DNA from: Halorarum halobium
GTDB lineage: Archaea; Halobacteriota; Halobacteria; Halobacteriales; Haloferacaceae
Length of the DNA stretch: 64,000 bases
NCBI RefSeq assembly: GCF_032116555.1
Contig: NZ_CP134949.1
Location: 2,604,001-2,668,000 of the forward strand
Direction of reading: 5' to 3'
Below, one piece after another: positions 47,496 to 57,398 of this stretch. The position numbers and the translations under genes are program-made. The notes below the pieces were generated by a model. That model made no database searches. It was not told the DNA's origin and saw nothing but the letters and a program-made list of their open reading frames with translations. Every line of letters begins with the position of its first letter. Position 1 is the stretch's first letter.

Positions 47496-49067
47496 GTGAC
47501 CGCTTTATTCGGGTGCGAACCCACTAACTCCTCACTCCCCCGATCGATCGACGTAACGTTCCTCGACACGACGCTGCGCGACGGCGAGCAGATGCCGGGC
47601 GTCTCCCTGTCGGCCGACGAGAAGGCAGCCATCGCGCGCGACCTCGACGCCGCCGGCGTCGACATCGTGGAGGCCGGCTCCGCGTGTACCAGCGCGAGCG
47701 AGCGAGAGACGATCCGCCGCGTGGCGGGGCTGGGGCTCGATGCGACCGTCACCAGCTTCGCGCGCGGCGTGCGCGCGGACGTGGACCACGCGCTGGACTG
47801 TGACGTCGACGGCGTGAACCTCGTCGTCCCGGCCAGCGACCGCCACGTCGAGACGAAGGTGGGCTCCTCGCACGAGGACGTGCTGGCCCGCACCGTCGAA
47901 CTCGTCGAGTACGCCCGCGATCACGGGCTCTGGGTCGAGGTGCTCGGCGAGGACGGCTCCCGGGCCGACCTCGACTTCCTCGACCGGCTCTCGGCGGTGG
48001 CGATGGAGGCCGGGGCGGACCGGGTCTGCTACTGTGACACCGTCGGCGCGGCCTCGCCCGAGCGGACGGCGGAGGTCGTCTCGACGCTCGCGGCCCACGG
48101 CCCCGTCTCGGTCCACACCCACGACGACCTGGGACTGGCAAACGCGAACGTGCTGGCCGGGTTGAACGCCGGTGCCGACCTCGTGCACGCCACGGTCAAC
48201 GGCGTCGGCGAGCGCGCCGGCAACGTCGCGCTGGAGGAAGTCGCCGTCGCGCTGGAGCGCTGCTACGGCGTCGAGACGCTGGATCTCGCGGAGCTGTACC
48301 GGCTCGCCCGCCGGGTCGCGGACGCCACCGGCGTCCCGCTCGGAGCGAACAAGGCCGTCGTCGGCGACAACGCGTTCGCCCACGAGAGCGGCATCCACAC
48401 CGACGGGACGCTGAAGGACGGCCGGATGTACGAGCCGTACCCGCCCGAGACGGTCGGGCGCGAGCGCCGCCTCGTCCTCGGAAAACACGCCGGACGCGCC
48501 GGCGTGAAGGCGGCCCTCTCCGAGCAGGGGTTCGACCCCGACGGGGAGGAACTGGACGACATCGTCGCGCGCGTGAAGGACCTCGGCGATCGGGGCAAGC
48601 GCGTCACCGACGCCGATCTCGCCGCCGTCGCCGGGGACGTCCTCGGCCGCGAGCGCGACCGGCGCGTCGAACTGCTGTCGCTCTCGGCGACGAGCGGCGC
48701 GGACGTGCCGACCGCGAGCGTGCGGCTCCTGGTCGAAGACGAGGAGCGGACGGCAGCAGGCACGGGCAGCGGCCCGGTCGACGCCGCGGTGGAGGCGGTC
48801 CGCTCGGCGCTGGGGCCCGACGCGAACGCCTCGCTGGAGTCGTACCACGTCGACGCCGTGACGGGCGGCACCGACGCGGTCGTCGCCGTCGAGGTGACGA
48901 TGCGCCGGGGCGACCGGACGGCCACGGTGTCCGCCGCGGACGCGGACATCACCCGCGCGAGCGTCGAGGCCGCCGTGGACGCGCTCGACCGCCTGCTGGC
49001 CGCGGAGGCGGACGCGGCCGAGGAGTCGCCGAACGTCGACCCCGACGAGGAAGTCCGGGCTGAGTGA
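47496..49067 (+). CDS. (R)-citramalate synthase / 2-isopropylmalate synthase family
   Basis: DTTLRDGEQ, CDTVG, HTHDDLG, NGVGERAGN, HESGIH, GKHAG and regulatory-domain GSGPVDA. GTG start. Confidence 0.9.
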   Translation: MTALFGCEPTNSSLPRSIDVTFLDTTLRDGEQMPGVSLSADEKAAIARDLDAAGVDIVEAGSACTSASERETIRRVAGLGLDATVTSFARGVRADVDHALDCDVDGVNLVVPASDRHVETKVGSSHEDVLARTVELVEYARDHGLWVEVLGEDGSRADLDFLDRLSAVAMEAGADRVCYCDTVGAASPERTAEVVSTLAAHGPVSVHTHDDLGLANANVLAGLNAGADLVHATVNGVGERAGNVALEEVAVALERCYGVETLDLAELYRLARRVADATGVPLGANKAVVGDNAFAHESGIHTDGTLKDGRMYEPYPPETVGRERRLVLGKHAGRAGVKAALSEQGFDPDGEELDDIVARVKDLGDRGKRVTDADLAAVAGDVLGRERDRRVELLSLSATSGADVPTASVRLLVEDEERTAAGTGSGPVDAAVEAVRSALGPDANASLESYHVDAVTGGTDAVVAVEVTMRRGDRTATVSAADADITRASVEAAVDALDRLLAAEADAAEESPNVDPDEEVRAE

Positions 49068-49107
49068 TCGGGAACCGGCCGGGAAACGTGCCGGGAGCCA
49101 GCCGGCC

Positions 49108-49372
49108 GGCGCGCGTGACGCGAACCCCCTCGTGGGGTGAGTCGACGCGCGCGAGGGACGAGCACCGCAGGGTGCGCGACCGCAGGAAGCGCACGCGAGG
49201 AGCACAGGAGGCTGGGGAGGACGAGGTGCGGTGCCGTACGGTGGGTGGGACTGAAAGGGGCCGGCTGGCTACGCGACGGCGGACGAGACAAGCACTGCAG
49301 CGAGGGAGCGGAGCGACCGAGCGAAGCGCGCAGCGAGGCCCCCCGAGCGTAGCCAGCCGGGGGCTTTCGAGG
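49108..49372 (+). repeat. Structured intergenic repeat, copy G (full length)
   Basis: 5' hairpin, GCGAGGGACGAGCACCGCAG, GGCTGGGGAGG, GGGACTGAAAGGGG, perfect 14-bp stem 49261-49274/49347-49360 and GGGCTTTCGAGG. Confidence 0.85.
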
Positions 49373-49472
49373 CCGTCGTCTCAGAAAGTCACCTTCCCTG
49401 CACGTCTGGCCAGTCGATCGGTTCTCACTGCGGCCCGTACACATATCTCCCCCCACCCCGTTGCCCCGCTCG

Positions 49473-49820
49473 ATGCGAACCCCGCGCCGCCGGACCCTCG
49501 CCGCCGCCCTCCTCGCCGGCAAGGGACTCGACGCCGTCTCGACGGTCGTCGTCCTCGCGCTGTCCGACTCCGTGCGGGAGTCGGTGCCCCTGTCGCGGGC
49601 GCTGATGGCGGCGTTCGGCCCCGTCGGCGGGATGGCGATCCTCACCGTCCTGACGATGGTCGTCGTGGGGCTGCTCGCGGAGTCGGGCGTGGTCATCGAC
49701 CGCATGACCGAGGGCGGGACGCCCGAGTGGTACGTTCCGGGGCTTCGGGCGACGGTGTATCTCGGCTGTGCGGGCTGGTTCGGGCTCGTCGGCCTCTGGA
49801 ACCTCTCGCACCTGCTGTGA
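49473..49820 (+). CDS. Hypothetical membrane protein
   Basis: Three TM segments; KGLDAVST…ESVPL…GLWN pattern. Confidence 0.65.
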   Translation: MRTPRRRTLAAALLAGKGLDAVSTVVVLALSDSVRESVPLSRALMAAFGPVGGMAILTVLTMVVVGLLAESGVVIDRMTEGGTPEWYVPGLRATVYLGCAGWFGLVGLWNLSHLL

Positions 49821-49890
49821 GACGACCGGCGACCCGAGCGAACTCGCCGCCGGCCACAGGTTCAAGCCGCCCGTCGCCCAACCACGCGCC

Positions 49891-50391
49891 ATGATCCGCT
49901 CCTTCGACGGCGTGGCCCCCGAGGTCGCCGAGTCGGCGTACGTGGACGAGGCGGCGGTGCTCATCGGCGACGTCGTCGTCGAGGCCGGGGCGAGCGTCTG
50001 GCCGAACACGACGCTCCGCGGGGACCACGGCCGAATCGTCGTCGGCGAACGGGCGAACGTCCAGGACAACGCGGTCCTGCACGAGGACGCCGTGCTGGAG
50101 CCGGACGCGACGGTGGGTCACTGCGGCATCGTCCACGCCGCGACGGTGGGGGAGGGCGCGCTCGTCGGCATGAACGCCGTCGTCCTCGACGACGCGACCG
50201 TCGGCGAGGAGGCCATCGTCGCCGCCGGGTCGGTCGTGACTGCGGGGACCGAGGTGCCGCCGCGGACGCTCGTCACAGGCGCGCCCGCCGAACCGAAGAC
50301 GGACCCCGACGCGGGAACGGCCCGAGCGCCGGCCGAGCACTACGCGGAACTGGGCGAGCGCTACGACGACCTGACCGAACGCGTCGACTGA
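49891..50391 (+). CDS. Gamma carbonic anhydrase family protein
   Basis: IGDV, LRGD, NVQDNAVLH, TVGH and VH motifs with hexapeptide repeats. Confidence 0.92.
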   Translation: MIRSFDGVAPEVAESAYVDEAAVLIGDVVVEAGASVWPNTTLRGDHGRIVVGERANVQDNAVLHEDAVLEPDATVGHCGIVHAATVGEGALVGMNAVVLDDATVGEEAIVAAGSVVTAGTEVPPRTLVTGAPAEPKTDPDAGTARAPAEHYAELGERYDDLTERVD

Positions 50392-50602
50392 CCCACTGCG
50401 ATCGACTGATCCGGGCGCACGGGCCGACCCGCGAGCACCGGCCGATTCCAGCGCGCCGGCTGATCCGGCCGGGTTGGCTGATCCGGCCGGGCCGCCGCAC
50501 GAAACGCGGCGTCGCCGACGACGCCGGCGTTCGAGCCGTTACCGCGGGGATTCGTCGTCGGGAGTTTGGATTTTTAAATAGCAGGACGCGCTACGCCCGG
50601 TC

Positions 50603-50917
50603 GTGTACCTGGTGGAGGTGAAGCCGTCGGCCCGGAAGGCCAACGGCGCGGTCGGCGGGGTCGTCAACCGCGACGGCATCCGGCACGGCTTCGAGAGCCG
50701 CGCCGCCGCGGAGGCCTGGGCCAGCGGCCTCTCCGAGTCGGGCAACCGGCCGGTGTGGATCCGGAGCGCCCACCCCACCGACCGCAGCGACGTCGACGGC
50801 TACCTCGTGAGCCGCCAGCGGCAGTTGCTCGACCTCGACGGCGCGTACGACAAGCGCCGCCGTCGCCTCCGAAACGGATCGAGCGAGCGGCGAACGCTCG
50901 CCAGGTTCGAGTTCTGA
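50603..50917 (+). CDS. Hypothetical protein
   Basis: TTTTTAAATA at 50571-50580, about 25-30 nt upstream of the GTG start; plausible globular sequence. Confidence 0.6.
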   Translation: MYLVEVKPSARKANGAVGGVVNRDGIRHGFESRAAAEAWASGLSESGNRPVWIRSAHPTDRSDVDGYLVSRQRQLLDLDGAYDKRRRRLRNGSSERRTLARFEF

Positions 50918-50966
50918 ATGGCCGTGTTCCGGGCGGCCGTGCCGATGATTCACCCACGACCGGGCC

Positions 50967-51494
50967 TCACTCGGAGCCGTCCAGAACGCGCCCGTGTGCG
51001 TCGATCTCGCCGTTCCGGATGCGGGTGCTGCTGATCCGGGTACCGTCCTCGGCGATGACGAACGGCGAGACGTGGATCTCGAGGGGGCCAAGCCCGTCCG
51101 CCACGCGTCGCTCGTTGAGTTCGTGTGCGCGACGCTGGGCTTTCGCCTCGGGGGAGACGACGAGCGCGTCGACGTCCTCGCGGGTCGCCGCAGGGCCGTG
51201 GGTGTCCGCCAGCTCGATGATCTCGTAGGAGGCGGTGTAGGCGGCGCTCAGGTGGTCGAGTTCGGTGTCGAGGCTCTCGCGACGGCCGGAGAACGGGCCG
51301 AGGAGCTCGGCGTGGGCCGGATCGCTCCGCGTCCGCTTCGCCAGCGCGGTCGAGGTGAGGCCGACGACGACGTGACCGTCCCCCTCGCCGTCGTGGCTCG
51401 CGGTCTGGAACGCCCGCTGCAGGAGGGCGCGGTGACCGTGGTGGATCGGTGTGAACGTCCCGCCGAGGATCGCTGTGCGTTCGGTTCGGGTCAC
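50967..51494 (-). CDS. coaD: Phosphopantetheine adenylyltransferase (archaeal type)
   Basis: LGGTFTPIHHGH (HxGH), VGLTS, GPA, LVVSPE and RISSTRIR motifs. Confidence 0.88.
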   Translation of the reverse strand: MTRTERTAILGGTFTPIHHGHRALLQRAFQTASHDGEGDGHVVVGLTSTALAKRTRSDPAHAELLGPFSGRRESLDTELDHLSAAYTASYEIIELADTHGPAATREDVDALVVSPEAKAQRRAHELNERRVADGLGPLEIHVSPFVIAEDGTRISSTRIRNGEIDAHGRVLDGSE

Positions 51495-51761
51495 GTTCCC
51501 ACTGTCGCGGCCCGCCCCCGTATACGTACAGGGACGGTCGGTGATGATCTCGAACCGCGAGCGGGTCACGGGAGGGGGAACGGGGTCAGAGGTGGGCAGG
51601 GAGCCACGGGTGGGAAACCTGACGGCCATCTCCCGTACACCAGTCGGCAACGGTTCCACGCCCACGGACATGTCTCCGGAAGTGAAATCACCGGCGTCTG
51701 AACCGTACTCCGCAGGATTTGGTAACCAAACGTTGATGGTGGGACGCTCGTCTGGTCCGCC

Positions 51762-52340
51762 GTGTCCCGGGCCGGACGCCCGCCGCTCGCGCGCCTCGGC
51801 GCGCTCGCGGTCGGGCTCGCGGTGCTCTGCTCCGCGGTGACCGTGGGCTATCCGGTCGTCGCCGCACAGTCGGAACTCCCGAACGTTGACCAGCTCAGGA
51901 ACCCCGCCGCGGCGGACAACCCGTGGGAGCAGTCGACCGTCTCGGTGTACGTCGGCCACGACGAGTCGGCCGACGCCGCGGACGTCGGGTTCGCCGACCG
52001 GGAACTCGACCACTGGGAGGCGCACGCGAGCGAATACGCCGGGAGCAACGTCTCCTTCGAGCGCGTCGAGGACCGCGAGTCTGCCGACCTGGTCGTCCTG
52101 TTCCGTGAGGAGGTGAACTGTGGCCCCCAGCGCTTCGCCGTGGGCTGTGCGAAGCGCGAGACCGTCGAGCGGACGGGGACGGTCACGACCGCGACGATCA
52201 CCGTCCGGACCGGCTACGACGACCGGGTGATCAGGCGGACGCTCCGCCACGAGATGGGCCACGTGTTCGGCCTCGACCACGAGGACCGCGACGAGTTCCC
52301 GTTCATGAAGGGCACCGTTCGTGTCGGCTCCGGGGAGTAG
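51762..52340 (+). CDS. Secreted zincin metalloprotease (matrixin-like)
   Basis: Signal peptide, HEMGHVFGLDH (HExxHxxGxxH) and a Met-turn. Confidence 0.8.
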   Translation: MSRAGRPPLARLGALAVGLAVLCSAVTVGYPVVAAQSELPNVDQLRNPAAADNPWEQSTVSVYVGHDESADAADVGFADRELDHWEAHASEYAGSNVSFERVEDRESADLVVLFREEVNCGPQRFAVGCAKRETVERTGTVTTATITVRTGYDDRVIRRTLRHEMGHVFGLDHEDRDEFPFMKGTVRVGSGE

Positions 52341-52411
52341 ATTCGACGTCGTCGCCGGCGAGGAGAGTCGGTCGAGACGTGTCGCTCGCGGTGCCGCGTC
52401 GCCGTCAGAAG

Positions 52412-52496
52412 CGCCGAGGGGGAGATTTGAACTCCCGAGTCCGAATGGACAGCAGATTTCGAATCTGCCGCCTTGGCCAGGCTAGGCTACCTCGGC
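52412..52496 (-). tRNA. tRNA-Ser (anticodon CGA)
   Basis: GCCGAGG/CCTCGGC acceptor, GCAGA-TTCGAAA-TCTGC anticodon arm, long variable arm and GTTCAAATC T-loop. No intron. Confidence 0.95.
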
Positions 52497-52610
52497 TCGT
52501 TCGTTCGAAGACGGGACAGCGTTTAATCGGTTTCGGTTCCCGAACTCGGGTCCCGCCACGCGCCGTCGGGAACCCGGGGAGTTATTCGTCGCGGCGTGCC
52601 CACACCCCGC

Positions 52611-53573
<963 letters not shown>

Positions 53574-53724
53574 GGACGCGGTGAAATCGGGAGCAGTCGT
53601 CGGGTCGTCCGAACCAGTGGCTGCGTTCGGGGTCACGGCACCGCCATCGCCCCAGCGGACGCGAGTGTTTCCGCCGGCCCCCGATTCCACCACATCCCCG
53701 AAGGGATCGACGGAAACCCGGAGC

Positions 53725-54219
53725 CTACCGCACGGCGCTCGCGAGCACCACCGCGCCGAACAGGAGGAACACGAGCGCGACCATCGGCTGCCCGCCCGAG
53801 GCCGCGCTGTAGACGCCAAAGGCGACGGCGGCCGCGACCGTCCCGACCGCGAGGCTCGCTGCGGTGTGGACCGCGACGTTCCTGGTCACGTCCGTCTCGC
53901 GGCCGAGTTGCTCGCCGAGGCCGATCGCGTGCTCGCCGACGTCCCAGGCGACCGCCGCCGCGACCGCGCCGACGAGCGACGTGCCGACGGTGGCACCGCC
54001 GACCGCGTTCCCGACGAGGACGGCGACGGCGATTGCGACGGCACCAGCGCCCAGCACGCGCCGGGAGGCGGCGAGCGAACCGGCCGCGACGAGCACGACG
54101 CCGACCGCCGCGACCCCCGCGCCGATCGGCGAGGCGAGCGCGAGCGCGGCCGCCCCGACGAGCGCGGCGACGACGGCACCCCAGACGCCGGCCGCGGGCG
54201 GTCGCCGTGTGACCGTCAC
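53725..54219 (-). CDS. Membrane protein of the MoxR/DUF58 cluster
   Basis: Multi-TM, WDVGEHAIGLGEQLGR motif; GTGA overlap with the DUF58 stop. Confidence 0.75.
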   Translation of the reverse strand: MTVTRRPPAAGVWGAVVAALVGAAALALASPIGAGVAAVGVVLVAAGSLAASRRVLGAGAVAIAVAVLVGNAVGGATVGTSLVGAVAAAVAWDVGEHAIGLGEQLGRETDVTRNVAVHTAASLAVGTVAAAVAFGVYSAASGGQPMVALVFLLFGAVVLASAVR

Positions 54220-55511
54220 CGCGACCACCGCGCCGCCGCGCGTTCGAGTTCGGTCGCCAGCGACTCGTCGCCCCAGTCCAGCACGCGGATGCCGGCCCGG
54301 CGGAGCTCCGAGAGCCGGTTCCCCCGTTCGATCCGCGCGAACGTGCGCCCCGGCGTGTCGTCGGCGGTCGGGTCCGGGCTGACGACCGTCACCGCGTGAC
54401 CGTACGCGTCGAGGCGGCGCGCGACCGTCACCGCGTAGTCGTCGGCCACCGGCGAGCAGAAGATGACCTGCGCGTCGGCGGGGAGGCGCCGTCGGAACCG
54501 GCGGAGCCACGTCGTCGGGAGGAAGCGCTCGGTCGGCGGCGTCGGCGCGAGCGACGGGTGCGTCCCGAGCAGGTCACGCGCCTTCGTGGCGTGGTCGGCC
54601 CCGCTGCCGGGCGGCAGCCAGCACTCGCCGGGGGCGAACGCGGCGACGCCGACGCGGTCGCCGCTGTCGAGCAGCGCCGAGCAGGCCTGCGTCGCCGCGT
54701 CGACGCCGCGCTCGACGGCGTTCTCGGCCTCGGGGTCGGGCGCGAGATACGAGCCCTCGCGGGCGTCGATACAGAGCACGACCGTCGCCGCGCGCTCCTC
54801 GCGGAACTGGAGCGTCGAGAGCTCACCCGTCCGCGCGTAGCGTGCCCAGTTCACCCGTTTTGCCGGGTCGCCGTGGCGGTACTCCCGGGTCGAGTGGAAC
54901 TCCAGGCCCGCGCCGCCGACGTCGGTGGCGACGCGCCCGGCGTACTGGGTCGTCAGCCCGCGGAGCGGGAGCGACGCGCTCGCCTCGAGTTCCGGCGCAC
55001 AGCGCATCGTCGTCTCGACGGTCGCGCGCTCGTCGTGCTCGCGGGACCCGCTCGGGTTGCGCGTGATGACGTGGATCGGCTCCCACTCGTGGGCGCCCCT
55101 GACCGCAGTCACCGTGTATCGGAGCGTCGCCGCCTTGCCGGGCCGGAGCGCGGTGCCGAGCCGTGCGGACTCCTCGACCGCGAGCGCCGGCGGGACGCCG
55201 TCGACGAGCCTGAGGTCCGGCACGACGCCATCGCCCGCGTTCCGGACGCGGAGCGTCACCGTCACCTCCTCGCCCGGGTCGGGCGTCGTCGTCGAGAGTT
55301 CGCGGGTGAACTCGAGCGCCGGCTCGGGTGCCGAGTCGGCCCGCGCGTAGGCGGCGAAGGTCACCCCGACGGCGCCGGCGACGACGAGCGGCGGGCTCTG
55401 CAACAGCGCGCCGAGCCCGATGGGGACCAGCGCGAGCGCCGCCATCCCGGCCCAGCGCCCCGTCGGAACGATGCCGCTCGGATCGAGCTGTTCGGGCAGC
55501 GTCGACGTCAT
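54216..55511 (-). CDS. DUF58 family protein (vWA-like)
   Basis: GLEFHSTREYRHGDPAKRVNW and GDRVG motifs; N-terminal TM pair. Confidence 0.92.
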   Translation of the reverse strand: MTSTLPEQLDPSGIVPTGRWAGMAALALVPIGLGALLQSPPLVVAGAVGVTFAAYARADSAPEPALEFTRELSTTTPDPGEEVTVTLRVRNAGDGVVPDLRLVDGVPPALAVEESARLGTALRPGKAATLRYTVTAVRGAHEWEPIHVITRNPSGSREHDERATVETTMRCAPELEASASLPLRGLTTQYAGRVATDVGGAGLEFHSTREYRHGDPAKRVNWARYARTGELSTLQFREERAATVVLCIDAREGSYLAPDPEAENAVERGVDAATQACSALLDSGDRVGVAAFAPGECWLPPGSGADHATKARDLLGTHPSLAPTPPTERFLPTTWLRRFRRRLPADAQVIFCSPVADDYAVTVARRLDAYGHAVTVVSPDPTADDTPGRTFARIERGNRLSELRRAGIRVLDWGDESLATELERAAARWSR

Positions 55512-56185
55512 CGGTTCGACCTCCCCATTTCGCCCTCGGGGACGACCCGCCGTAGCCGCCTGCCGACGGCGCGGACCAGCCCGCGGACGTCGCCCGACTC
55601 GGGCGGCTCGGGCGGCTCACGCCGGTCCGGTTCGACCGATCCGGTCCGTGCGTCAGCCAGCGCCTCGACGGTCCGCCTGGCCGCGAAGGTGAACTCGACG
55701 TCGGAGCCGAGGACCCGCCTGATCCGGACGGACGGCGGCGGCGAGACGTCCGAGCCGAGGAACCACGCCGCGACCGGGTCGTCGGTCCAGGTCCCCCCCT
55801 CGACGGCGGCGGCCACGCTCGCCTCGTCGTAGTCGCCGCGGGCCCGGAGGGTCTCGCGGGTGACCCGCCGGAACCGGTCGTGGAGTTCGCGGCGTCGCTT
55901 GATGCTTCCGACCGAGAGCCCGTCCGCGCCGGCGAGGTGCTCGTCGATCTCCCTCCCCGGGGACGGGACCTCGTAGCGGTCCTCCACGTCGGCGGTCTCG
56001 GTCGCCCGGTCGTCCACGTCGCGCGCAGCGCTCGCGTAGCGGAGCCCCTGCACGAGCGCGAACGCCCCCACGCCCGTCACGAACAGGTAACTCATGGAGC
56101 CGAACGGGGCCGCGAGCCCGCGCTGGAGGACGACCGTGAACCCGAAGACGACCGCGACCAGTCCGAGGGCGGCGCTCCGCCTCAT
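55508..56185 (-). CDS. Membrane protein of the MoxR/DUF58 cluster
   Basis: Two N-terminal TM helices, GTWTDDPVAAWFL; ATGA overlaps on both sides. Confidence 0.8.
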   Translation of the reverse strand: MRRSAALGLVAVVFGFTVVLQRGLAAPFGSMSYLFVTGVGAFALVQGLRYASAARDVDDRATETADVEDRYEVPSPGREIDEHLAGADGLSVGSIKRRRELHDRFRRVTRETLRARGDYDEASVAAAVEGGTWTDDPVAAWFLGSDVSPPPSVRIRRVLGSDVEFTFAARRTVEALADARTGSVEPDRREPPEPPESGDVRGLVRAVGRRLRRVVPEGEMGRSNR

Positions 56186-57213
56186 CGGTCCGACCCGTCG
56201 CCGGACTCGTCCGTCCCCGTTGTGGTGCCGGCGCCGTCGGTCGCCCCACCGGCCCGGTCCGCGGGGTCACTGGTCCCGTCCGCGTACGTCCCCTCGATCC
56301 GTCGGAAGGCCGCGATGGCACGCTCCTCGCGCTCGGCAGTCGGATCCGCCCCGCCGTAGCGGACCGCCTCAAACACGTCGGTCAGCTCCGCCACGTCCGC
56401 CCGGTCCATCCCCGCATCGACGGCCGCGTCCGCGAACTCGGCCGGCGTGCTCGCCCGCGGGTTCTCGACGTCGAGCAGGGCGGTCATCTCGCTCCACGCG
56501 CGGTACACCTCGTTGCCGAGCACGGCATCTGCCTCCAGCCGATCGGCGGCCTCGCCCGCGAGGGCACCCAGTGCCGCCCGCCGGTCGGCCGGGGGGAGGT
56601 CGGGCTCCTCCTCGGCGGGTTCGCGCTCGTCGTCGCCCGTCGAGACGAACAGCAGCGCGAGGCTCCCCAGCAGCGCGAGCACGATGAGGACGCCCACGAG
56701 CGTCGTCGGCGTCGAGAGCGCGTCGCCCGCCGCGTTCATCCCCGACGACCCGCCGCCGGCCCCCAACCCGCTCGCGTTGACCGTTCTTCGCGTCGCGGAG
56801 AGCGCCAGCTGGGTCGGCGACCGGGTACAGGAAACGAGCGCGAGATAGACGACGCCGAACGGGAAGCAGGCGGCGGCGACGAACAGCGCGCTCAGCCCCG
56901 GCGCCCCGGTGGTGCGGTACACCGCGAGGAAGAACAGGCCGACTGCGGCGAGCAGGGTCAGCTGGACGAGCGGCCGGGTGAGAAATTCGACGCAGACGGT
57001 GACGCCGAGCTCCGCCCCGGCCGACTCGCCGCCGAAGTCGATGCCGCCGGCCGGCCGCCCCCCGAACCCTTCCTCCTCGGACGCCGAGCCCGCGCCGAAG
57101 CCGCCGCTGTTGCTCGTCGACGTCGCGGAGTCGAGCGTCGCGGCCGCCGCCCCGAGCGCGAGGACGGCGAGGGCCGCGAGGAGGGCCGTGGCGGCGGTCC
57201 GTCTGTCAACCAC
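56182..57213 (-). CDS. DUF4129 domain membrane protein
   Basis: NEVYRAW…TPAEFA…LTDVFEAVRYG motif; GTG start. Confidence 0.85.
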   Translation of the reverse strand: MVDRRTAATALLAALAVLALGAAAATLDSATSTSNSGGFGAGSASEEEGFGGRPAGGIDFGGESAGAELGVTVCVEFLTRPLVQLTLLAAVGLFFLAVYRTTGAPGLSALFVAAACFPFGVVYLALVSCTRSPTQLALSATRRTVNASGLGAGGGSSGMNAAGDALSTPTTLVGVLIVLALLGSLALLFVSTGDDEREPAEEEPDLPPADRRAALGALAGEAADRLEADAVLGNEVYRAWSEMTALLDVENPRASTPAEFADAAVDAGMDRADVAELTDVFEAVRYGGADPTAEREERAIAAFRRIEGTYADGTSDPADRAGGATDGAGTTTGTDESGDGSDR

Positions 57214-57398
57214 GTTGCTCGGTATCACGGGGCGGGCGGTAAATAGCCGACGGAAGTCACCCGACGGCGTCCACACGCGCGGGTCGATTTTCGGCTCCCG
57301 GCCCGCCGAGGAGGGGACCGCCGGGGAGGCCGTCCGCGATCGGACCTGCGACGATGGGAACCTCGACGAGCGGCCGGCCGGGAACCCGGACGGAAGCG

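Noticed and set aside
50458..50491. 16-bp tandem duplication GGCTGATCCGGCCGGG
   Set aside because: Two copies only in a GC-rich spacer; most likely slippage.
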